This document shows, one piece after another, positions 53,578 through 64,000 of a stretch of DNA of 64,000 nucleotides. Location: positions 21,826,001 through 21,890,000 of the forward strand of contig NC_086118.1 of NCBI RefSeq assembly GCF_963921235.1, written 5' to 3'. The notes below the pieces were generated by a model. That model was not told the DNA's origin and did not search any database. It saw nothing but the letters and a program-made list of their open reading frames with translations. The DNA comes from Mobula hypostoma. Its lineage: Eukaryota. Position 1 is the stretch's first letter. Every line of letters starts with the position of its first letter. The position numbers and the translations under genes are program-made.

Positions 53578-54716
53578 GTATGTGAGATTTAGTTATTCAT
53601 GGATTAAGCTTTGTTAATATAGTAACTGATAGGACAGAAAAATATCATTTAGATAGGTCCTACGCCATTAACCTCCATGTCAGTTTATTCCCTTACTTCA
53701 CTAAACTTCAGACTATACCCGAGGGAGAGGAATCCAATATTACAGCACATTTTTATATGTTAAAGAACAAAGGACAATTTCTGTAGCTACAATGCCTTCA
53801 TAAGTCTTTTCAGTTACATGTAATTTTTTAAATATCTGGATTTTCCCACCAACATGTCCAAAAGTAGTGTTAATTGTATTGTCTCCAAGTTGTATTCATG
53901 TCTATACAGAATCTTTGGTCAATGAGTATTGATTACATTCATGCATATGCAGATATCTCAGTCAGTTGGGTGTTTCCTGCTCTGCAAATTACTTTAAAAT
54001 GCAGCTTTAGGAAGACCATTGCTCTGAGCTGCATTTTAAATTCAACCTACAATCCATATGCAGATCTGAAGAGTGGTTGCTGTTGAAATTAATATGTGCT
54101 ATATTGCATATCTCCAGAATATGCTGTAACACTGAAGACTTGAGCTTAAATTTTAACAATACCTCCAGCCAAGGTTTTCCACTACAGTTATAGTATGAAA
54201 ATGTATCCAACAGGATGAAATATTGCTCAGTCTATGAAAAGAAGGTCAGATTCAACCTGGTCCCAGTGTTATGGACAGGGCCACCAAGGAGAACTTACTC
54301 ATAAGACGTAGGAGTAGAATTAGGCCATTCGGCTCATTGAATCCACTTGTCAAAATCTTCTCACTAATGCTCAGCTTGGATTTTACAAGACACTTGGTTT
54401 CAGTTCTCATTTCAGTTTTTTCTCCAGACATGGAGCAAAGAGATTAATTCTTTGAATGAGGTCAGAGTAACCATCCTTTACGAAGGGAGCGTTTGACTGG
54501 ATCTATTGCCAGGAAGCCTTAGTAAAACTAATGTTGATAAACATGAGTTGGAGTTGTGCCTTTCATGAGGAAAATGTCTGTCGGTAACTGTTGGGGATCG
54601 GTTATCTCAGCCTTTTGATATTGTTGCAAGAGTTCCTTGCCATATTCATATTGACCTAGATCAAACTTGTTTAAGCTAACATCCTTTAGCATTCTTTTCT
54701 GTGCATTTATTTTCAG

Positions 54717-54847
54717 GCGAACGGCTTTACAAGTTAATCCATGTTATGCACCCTTCCCTGGCGGGAAAGCTCACTGGGATGTTGTTGGAGATGGATAACT
54801 TGGAACTGCTGCATTACTTGGAAAGCTCAGATTCTCTCCGCTCAAAG
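54717..54847 (+). CDS. TRIM-MLLE coding exon 10 (MLLE core, 131 nt)
   Basis: ttattttcag|GC..AAG|gtaata; [43 protein letters not shown], containing the K[IL]TGMLLE signature. Confidence 0.96.
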
Positions 54848-56437
54848 GTAATACTGGAATGAATTTTTAAAACTTAAAATCTAAAAGGCAAAATCTTTTG
54901 TACTTAGAATCTTCAATGGAGAAAGTATTACCAAAATAAAGAAATTGTTAGTAATTTTGTGCAACATTGTATGAGAAAATCAATTTTGGACTTGAAGATA
55001 CAGAAAATAACATTACAAAGCAAAAGAATAGTTTATTTTAAGAATTATAATGAAATGAAGAACTTGTAGCCAACTTAAGAGCATGTTATAAAGCATGCAA
55101 TTCTTAGCGTATTTTAGTGTATTAAACTCCCTGAGGATGACAGAAACGATAATCTCAGGATTTAAGACTAAACTAGGGAAGTGTATTATAGCAACCAGCA
55201 TTTGCAGATTTTCTAGTGTAAGTATTTCTAGGCCCATTGTGCACAAATAACACAAAGCTGGCCTGTGAATTTATAGTAAATAAACTCTGAAACGGCAGCA
55301 GCTGCAAATTATGTATCATCTCTTTATTGAAGTCTGGTAACATCGTACACCAAACTAGGTTCCCTCTTTGAAAGACTGTTTTACATATATGCAGCAGTCA
55401 CAGGTATTACAGGTTCCATCTGTAACTGCTTTCTTCAAGACACTTGAACCTTTTTTTACTCTGGGTCTATGTTTTAGATTGATTTGCAAGTGATGTCTTG
55501 ACTCAGTTCTGTGAATTGTTTTTTTTAAAACAATGATTGTTGGTTCACTTCTCTAATAAACGTATCATCATTTATTGTCCTAGTATATTACAAGGCAGAG
55601 CTGGATAAATGCCAGTCCTCCAGTTTGAAGAAAATATCATTTAGTATTTTAGACTTGAACTGAAGCAGACTCATTGGGCCAAATGGCCTGATTCTGGTCC
55701 TATTCTTATACAATGCTTTTCCAAGGAGGTAATGAAGAGACAAGTTTTCCAATTTTCCAACATGCCAATTTTTGTCTTTCTTATTCTTCTCTCCCTCTCC
55801 CTCTTTGTTAGGGTGGGGTGGCACGGTAGCATAGTGGTTAGCACAATGCTTTACAGTGCAGGGGACCCGTCTTCATTTTCTCCCCACTGCACAGGTATAT
55901 TTTTGTTCTCTTTTCCTACGTTTGCGTAAAAGGCATTCAGCTCGTCGGGGAGTGAAGCACCATAACCGTTAATGATGTTACAGGAAGTAATTGTCTGCAA
56001 ACCCTGTCATAGCTGAAATGCATCCATTTCCTCCACCATTTCATCACAGTAGAGTTTTTTTTTCAATCCTATTCTCTTGGCTTCTGCCTGTAACCCTCAA
56101 TCCCATTACCAATCAAGGATCTATCAATCTTGAGCTACAGAGCTGTTTTATATTTTAGTCCTCTGGAAAAGAATGCTCACATTGCATTTGCCTTTCTTAC
56201 TACCAACTCAACTGCAAGCTAACTTTTAAGGAATCCTGAACCAAGAACTCTCAAGTTTCTGATTTCCTTCTCTTTCCATTTAAATGCCTGGATAAAGAAA
56301 TTTCTTATTGCTTCTATCATAGACTTGTGTCTGCATTAAGAGTATTCTTAAAAAAAAATAGGGAAGCAGAAAGTAGAAAATGTTCTTATCAGCTGTAATA
56401 TATAACTTAATGAACTGAAATTAGTTTCTGGAATATA

Positions 56438-56982
56438 CACTCAGTGGCCACTTTATCAGGTGTACCTTTGTCCTGCTTGTTAATGCAAATATTTAGTTAG
56501 CAACTCAATGCATAAAAGCATGCAGGCATGGTCAAGAGGCTCAGTTGTTTGTCATGCCAGACACCAGAATTGGGAAGAAATGTCATCTAAGTGACTTTGA
56601 CTGTGAAATGATTGTTAGTGCCAGACAGGTGGCTTGAGTATCACAGAAACTGCTGATCTCCTGGGATGTTTATGCACAACAGTCTCTAGAGTTTACAGAA
56701 AATGGTGTGAAAACCAAAAAAAAAAAAAAAAAATCCAATCAGTGGCATTTCTGTGGGTGAAAATGCCTTGTCAATGAGAGAGGTCAGAGGAGAATGGTTC
56801 AAGCTGACAGGAAGCGACAGTAACTCAAATAACAATTACAGTAGTGTGCAGAAGAGCGTCTCTGAATGTACAACACGTTGAACCTTGAAGTGGATGGGTT
56901 ATCGCAGCAGAAGACCATGAACATACACTCAGTGGCTACTTTATTAGGTACAACGGACACCTAATAAATTGGCCACTAAGTG
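56438..56982. mobile_element. Non-autonomous Tc1-like element, copy B
   Basis: TA-flanked TIRs cactcagtggccactttat / ataaattggccactaagtg. Confidence 0.75.
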
Positions 56983-57435
56983 TATGTACCTTGACTCCCA
57001 GCATAATATTTTTAATATCATGTCTAGCCCAAGATCTCATTCAAAACATCAAGTACTTTGCTAGGGGGAAAAAATAACCTGTGAAATAGATCGTAATAAT
57101 GTTGTTTGAGATTTTCAGTCAAGTTGCATCTTAAATATTAAAAACCATTAAACCTACTTCTGCATTGGTTACCATGGTAATTTTGCTTTTAATATACACA
57201 GGTATGCTTAAATATACTTAACTGTGCATAATGTGGCATGTGAAAAAACGAACTTTGATAGGCTCAATGCACATTATAATGTTTCCAATGAAGGAAATTT
57301 GTATATGAATATTTAGTTGTGAAGTGACTATTTAGCCTGGCTTGTGAACCTTATTGGGAAGAACATTTTGATGCATTCATAGCGTGCTTTCTTTTACTCT
57401 TTAGACCTGATGCATTTTGGTTATTTTATTGATTA

Positions 57436-58194
57436 CACTGGACAATTTTTTTCAAAAGTGTTGCTGCCTCAGGAATTTTTTTTGTTTATGATAGACTGCT
57501 TGAAGCTGAATTACAAATATAATTTCAGACTATTTGTGTCACCATAGGAACTTAGAGAACAAGAAATTAAATTTAGTGAATATAATGCATTTAATTGCAA
57601 AACGGTGCTGATGATTTTCATTCGTTCTTAGTGTCTGTGGCCTCCTCGCTTAAGTGCCCAACAATAATCAGCCAGCATTGATGGATTCCAGTTGTCTTGA
57701 TACCATTTCTCAATGACCACAATGTCCTCATGAAAACTTTCACCATGCTCACCACCGACAGTGCCAAGATTTTTAGGGAAGAATCCTAAATGGGAATGCA
57801 GAAAATGAATCTTTAGTGATATGTTGCAATTCAAGGTTTTGTATGCTTGAAGCATATTGTCAACCATCTGCACATAGCTTGATGCTCTCTAGTCGCCAAG
57901 AAAATTTTCAGTAATATCTTTGAATGCTTTCTACACGAATTTCTCCATTCCCACTAGAAGTTCTTCTAATTGCCTGTTGTTGATGAATTGGTTGATTTGT
58001 GGACCAACAAAAATGCCTTCCTTAATCTTGGCATCAGTTATTCTGACTTGAATTATGAATTGAAATAACAAATTTAGGTGATTTCAAAAAAGTGTGTGAT
58101 AGGGAAATTTCATGGCAACTTTCATGATCAGCAGCTCAAAATCCATACGATACACCCAGAAGTATTCAGAAAGCAAAATCTTTGTTGCCCAGAG
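57436..58194 (-). mobile_element. Internally deleted Chapaev3-like (CMC) DNA transposon
   Basis: Transposase C-terminal remnant KIHFLHSHLGFFPKNLGTVGGEHGESFHEDI..MLADYCW (57628-57873); termini cactggacaa / ttgcccagag; 3-bp TTA on both flanks. Confidence 0.65.
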
Positions 58195-58728
58195 TTACTT
58201 TGGTCAACATTTGCAGTTTATTGGGAGGTGAGCTGTGAATGATTGTTGTAGAGCTGATGCATTTTGCATCAGGTAAACTCTAGGAGATACCAAGAGCTTC
58301 AAAGTATGTTGACTCTTTTTGAAGATCAGCAGTGATGATCAAAGTTGAGTTTATTGTCATATGCACAAGTGAAAAGCTTACTTGCAGTAGTATTACAGAC
58401 TCGGAGTATCATAAAAGCAGTGTTCGCAGAACAGTCATAAATTAACCATAAATTATACTTAGCTTTTTACAGGAAGGAACACAAATGGAACAAAAGAGTG
58501 CCATGTAGTTCAAAGTGATCAAGCTGGTGATAGTGGTTCGTTTCCTGTCAGCTGGTTGTGCACTCAAGTTTTTTGAAACTATTCAGATTTTTATATTTAC
58601 ACACAGAAACATGGTGTAATGGTTAAAGTACTTAAGTAGCATTTTAATCGTGAAAATTACGTAACTGCAATCAGTCTGTTGCTCTACTCACCTTGTTTAC
58701 TTTCTCTGTGGTCTCTGGCTGGAAATAG

Positions 58729-58827
58729 GTTGATGAAGCTATAGCTGTGCTACAGAGACATCAGGCTCGGAAGGACTTCCTTCAGAAAAATAACATGGCC
58801 AGAACTACCACAAAACAGAAGAAATAA
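58729..58827 (+). CDS. TRIM-MLLE coding exon 11 (last MLLE helix and stop)
   Basis: aaatag|GTT; VDEAIAVLQRHQARKDFLQKNNMARTTTKQKK*, compare PABPC VDEAVAVLQAHQAK; TAA at 58825-58827. Confidence 0.93.
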   Translation, partial: VDEAIAVLQRHQARKDFLQKNNMARTTTKQKK

Positions 58828-59185
58828 GGAGCAGCAAACAGACGGGACTTGCATCACCAATTACAGTGGCCCAATCTGCATCAAGTAGCTGCTGTGTGTT
58901 CAGTTTACAGTAAGGCCCGCATGAAAGAATTGATGATCACATTGGTGGCTTATTGCTAGGACTCAATTTTGAAACCAGCACGTACAGATATTGGATAGTT
59001 CAGGGAGGGTTTAAGTGAAGTCTGAAGCCAGATGACTTTGGCCACCACTCCACAAAAGTTGCCCATAGTCTAGAATTGCTTAGTGCAGAGGTCTCATTCT
59101 TATGGAGAAAAAGCTGCAAGAAGGACTTGTAATGGGATTGTTGATGTGATGCACCAGTGAATGTTTACTTTCTGGGTCTCCTATT

Positions 59186-62100
59186 CATAAGACAATAAAA
59201 TATAGGAGAAAAATTAGGCCATTTGGCCCATCGAGCCTGTTCTGCCATTTCATCATGCCTGTTCATTTCTCTCCCAGCCCCAATCTCCTGCTTTCTCCCC
59301 ATATCCCTTCATGCTCTGATCAGTCAAGAATCTGTCAACCTCTGCCTTAAGTATACTCCATGACTTGGCCTCCACAGCTGCCTGTGGCAACAAATTCCAC
59401 AGATTCACCCCTCTCTGGCCAAAGAATTCCCTCATTGAGATCCCCCTCCTCCTTCATTCTTCTGAATTCCAGTGATTACAGGCCCAGAGGCATCAAATGC
59501 TCCTGATATGATAACCCTTTCAATCCTGGAATCATTTTTGTGAACCTCCTTTAAACCGTCTCCAATGTCAGCACATCCATTCCTAGATAAGGGCTTAAAA
59601 CTGTTCACAGTTCTCCAAGTAAGGCCTCACCAGTGTCCTATAAAGCCTCAACATTGCAGTCTTGCTTTTATATTCTAGTCCTCTTGAAATGAACGCTAAC
59701 ATTACATTTGCCTGCCTCACCACTGACTCAACATGCAAATTAATCTTTAAGGAATTCTGCAGGAGGACTCCCAACTCCCTTTGCAATTCAGATTTTTGAA
59801 TCTTCTCTCCACTTAGAAAATAGTTTATGCTTTTATTTCTTCTACCAAACTGCATGACCATACACTTCCCGAGACTGTATTCCAACTGCCACTTCTTTGC
59901 CCATTCTCCTAATCTGTTTAAGTCCTTCCGTTGCCTCTCTACTTTCTCAACACTACTTTCTTCATATCAGCTGCAAACTTGGCCACAAAGCCATCTTTTC
60001 CACCATCTAAATTATTGACCTAATGTAAAAAGAAGCGGTCCCAACACAGTGCCCCATGGAACACCACTGGTCACTGGCAGCCAACCAGAGAAAGCTCCCT
60101 TTATTCCAACCCTTTGCCTCCTGCCAATCAGCCAATGCTGTATCCTTGTTGGTATCTTTCCTGTAATACCATAGGCCCTTAACTTGTGGGACCTTGTCAA
60201 AGGCCTTCTGAAAATCCAAATACACAACATCCATCGATTCTGCTTTGTCTATCCTACTTATTATTTTTTTAAAGAATTCCAGCAGATTTGTCAGGTAAGA
60301 CTTTCTCTTAAGGAAGACATGCTAACTTCGGCCTATTTTATCATGTGCCTCCAGATATCCCGAAACAACACCCTAAGCAATCGACTCCAACACCTTCCCA
60401 GCCACTGAGGTCAGACTAGTTGGCCTTTATTTTACTTTCTTCTGTCTCTCTCCCTTCTTGAAGAGCGGTATGACATATGCAATTTATATCTACTCTTGCC
60501 TTTCTTTTACACTTTATAAATCTGAAAAAGCTTTTGATATACTTGTTTGCTTCTTTATGACTTTTTAGTTGCCTTCTGTTGGTTTTTAAAAGCTTCCCAA
60601 TCCTCTATCTTCTCACATATATTTGCTCCTTTATATGCCCTCCCTTTTGGTTTTTATGCTGGCTTTGACTTATCTTGTCAGCCACAGTTGCATCATCCTG
60701 CATTTAGAATTCTTCGTTAGGATGTATCAATCCTGTGCCTTCCGAATTGTTTCCAGAAATTCCAGTCATGTTGCTCTGCCATCATTACTGCTAGTGTCCC
60801 CTTACAATCAACTTTAACCAGCTACTCTCTCAATTCTGTAATCCCTTTACTCCACTGTAATACTGATACATCTGATTTTAGCTTCTCCTTCTCAAATTGC
60901 AGGGTGAATTCTATCACTGGCCCCTAAGAGTTCATTTACCTTAAGCTCTATAATTAATTCCGGTTCATTGCAAACACCCATTCCAAAACAGCTGATCCCC
61001 TAGGTGGCTGTACCATGAGCTGCTCTTAAAAGCCATCCTGCAGGTATTCTACAAATTCCCCTTCTTGGGATCCAGCACTGACCTGACCTGATTTTCACCA
61101 TATACCTGCATATTGAAATCCCAGCATGATTATCGTAACATTGCCCTCTTGTCATGCATTTTCTATCCTCTGTAATTTGTAGACCACATCTTTGCTACTG
61201 TTCAGAGGTCTGTATATAACTCCCATCAGGGTCTTTTTACTCTTGCAGCTTCTTAACTCTATCCACAACGATTCTGCACCTTCTGATCCTATGTCACCTC
61301 TTTCTAAGGATTTGATTTCATTTTTTTTTTTACAACAGAGCCACCCCATCCCCTCTGCCTATCTGCCTGTCTGTTCGATACAATATGTATCCTTGGACAT
61401 TAAGCTCCCAGCTATAATCTTCTTTCAGCCACGATTTAGTGATGCCCACAATGTCATACATGCCAATCTGTAACTGTGCTACATGTTCATGTACCTTATT
61501 CTGTATACTGCGTGCATTCAGCTGGAACAACTTTAGTGCTGTATTCATCACGCTTTTGGATTTTGTCCCCCTTTTGTATCGCAGCTCATCCGATTGACTG
61601 CAATTTTGCTCGCCTCCCCTTGCTAGCAGTCTCACTACACACTTTTTCTGTTGTAAACCAACTACCCCATCCTCAGCCTTATCACTCTAGTTCCAATTTC
61701 CCTGACAAATTAGTTTAAACCTTCCCGAGTAGCTCTGGCAAACCTGCCCACCGCTATTGGTCGTCCTCGGGTTCAGGTGTAATCCATTCCTTTTGTGCAG
61801 GTTGTACCTTTCCCAGAAACGATCCCAATCATCCAGAAATCTGAATCCTTGTCCCCTGCAACAGTTCCACAGCCATGTTGGCGTGTGACACAGGCAGCAA
61901 TCCATAGATTACTACTCTGGAGGTCTTGCTATTCATGTTTTTTCCTTGCTCCCTAAAATCTTCCTTCAGGACTTCTTCACCTATGTGATTGGTGCCAATA
62001 TGTACCAGGACTTCTGTCCGCTCACGCTCCCCTTTTGGAATGCCGTGGATCTGATCCAAGACATTCCTGACCCTGGCACCTGGCAGGCAACATGCCAGGG
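59186..62100 (-). mobile_element. Degenerate, internally deleted CR1 LINE
   Basis: Fragments of RT (VYLDFQKAFDKV), endonuclease (QLNARSIQNK, GVIYRP) and ORF1 esterase (CCLPGARV, HIGTN). Confidence 0.88.
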
Positions 62101-64000
62101 TCATCCATGACAATTAATGTGGCTCGGGGAGGGTTTTAAAAAAATCTTCATTCTTATTTAGAGCATTAAAATAGAATTGTTCAAAGTAAATGTTATTGTC
62201 TAAGTACATATATGTCACCATACACAGTCCTGAGATTCACTTTCCTGTGAGCATGCTCAGCAAATCTATAGAGTAGTAGCTCTTGCAGCAAACTGTGCAA
62301 ATGCAAATATAAATAAATAGCAATAAATAATGAAATATGAGATAATGCAATAAAGAGTCCTTAAAGTGATTGGTTGTGGAAAACATCTTAATGATGGGGC
62401 AGGTGAGTGTAGTTATCCCCTTTTATTCAAGAGCCCGATGGTTAAGGGGTAGTAACTGTTCTTGATCCTGGTCCCGTGAGTCCTGAGGCTCTTCTCCCTG
62501 ATGGCAGCAGCAAGAAGAGAGCATGGCTGAAGTGTTGGAACTTAATGGAAAAAAAACTAATGTCTTTTACATTTCCCATATTGGCATTCATCTCTCCAAG
62601 GAATCTATCTTCAAAATGGGACTTTTTAATGTATGCACATATTTTTGAAAACTGTAAGACATTATTTATTTTAAACTGTTGGCTTAATTGATTGCATCAC
62701 CCTCCAGTACACAGAAGTTTACAAATTGATTTAATGCTATTTTTAAGCAGAGACCATGGAACAGTTTATTTAACACAGTATAAGTTGAATTCAAGCTTAT
62801 TTCAGGTTAACTGCCCAAGGCACATTAGTATCCAATTGTGTTGATCCACTAGTCATTTTCCAGTATCAGATGCACATCCAGTGTGTTACTGGTCATACAA
62901 TACTCTTTTTTTCTCCCTCACCAATGAAATTTGGAGCTCCAAGATGAAGCCTGTGATCTTCATGTGGCTAATCTGTGCAAAAGGAATACATTGCGTTTTT
63001 AACGTTATCTAAAGCAACACATTCTGAAAACATGACTGGGTAGCTTCTGAAAGTACTGAAGACTGATCACAGTGCGTAGTCCACAGAGTTTATAGGTTAT
63101 GCGTGCTCCAGAAGTTAGTTACTGATGCACTCATTCTATTGGTCCCTCTATCCTGACACAACTGGTAGCATAGCTAGCAACCTTTTAGGAAGAAAATTTG
63201 GTGGTGATTTCTCAAAGAGAGTGTGAAGGATTGTTAATTACATCTGATCTGTCGACATAGTCATTTGTTTAGTTTATCCTAGTCTCTACCCTATTGACCA
63301 GAAGTGTTAATTCTATTGTTGTCTAATATGCTGAGTGTTTCTAACATTTTCCATTTTTATTAATACCACCTTCTATTTTGATTTTGATTCAAATTTACTT
63401 TCTTCGAGCATTGCTGTGAATGGACATGAATGTTTAGTTCAGTGTATCTCAAAATTGTATTTGAGTAATGCTCAGCTGTTATAAGATCTATTGAATAATA
63501 ATACTATGTGTTTCCTTTCCCTAGGTGCTATACTTGTTAAAGTTAACTCGCACAAGTTCTGACTTTTATCATTTTGGTATTGTCTGTCTGTTCATTACTT
63601 CTGAGTCTGTTTGCTAATGTGAATTAGAAACATAAGTGAACTACTTGTAACTCTGCTACCTCAGCTACAATATTATGACTTCAAGATATTTTATAGATTA
63701 GCCTTGGGTAGGAATCTTAGCTTTTTCCAATTGAGTTTTCTGTCCTGCATCACTGCCAGTTCAGTTCTCGACAACTCTGATATGGGGTGAAGGTGGGAGC
63801 TGTAAGAATTGCTCATTTTCTGATTTCCGTTTTTAAAAACAAACTCACCCAATTTCATTTGGATATTTTCTTGTATCAGGCAACTTATCAGCTTTTTCTT
63901 GCAGGACATCTGTAAATGCTTTTTTGTGTGAATATCTGTACATGGACTAAAAACTTAATGGAGGTCTCATAACTCTATTTCATGAGTTCCAGATAAGCAG

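Noticed and set aside
42172..58827. A stand-alone PABPC gene or pseudogene separate from the TRIM
   Set aside because: I saw no RRM exons, start codon or promoter between the TRIM exons and the MLLE exons, and the phases link directly to TRIM exon 4; not formally excluded without transcripts
59194..59199. AATAAA as the gene's poly(A) signal
   Set aside because: It lies within the antisense 3' tail of a CR1 element; use is possible but unsupported
28000..64000. PRY/SPRY terminal exon
   Set aside because: No long exon with LDP.TA, YWEV or FYP-type motifs is visible in the ORF track or sequence; one could still lie beyond the window

Overview
Vertebrate genomic DNA, most likely from a cartilaginous fish (shark/ray), an inference from the repeat landscape of CR1, L1, Rex1/Babar, Penelope-like, SINE, Tc1 and Chapaev3 elements. 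About two-thirds of the window is transposon-derived. Reading splice sites by hand gives one + strand multi-exon gene. It has a probable non-coding first exon ending at 8182 and 11 coding exons from 9584 to 58827, all GT-AG and phase-compatible, encoding about 589-593 aa. The N-terminus is a TRIM25/TRIM16/finTRIM-type RBCC module (RING, B-box1, B-box2, coiled-coil). Where such TRIMs usually carry PRY/SPRY, this gene has a Pro/Ser/Thr-rich linker and then a complete MLLE (PABC) domain (KLTGMLLE), split by introns where I recall cytoplasmic poly(A)-binding protein genes have them. This apparent TRIM-PABPC chimera, a RING E3 ligase with a PAM2-motif reader, is the main finding. It is a manual gene model and needs transcript confirmation.
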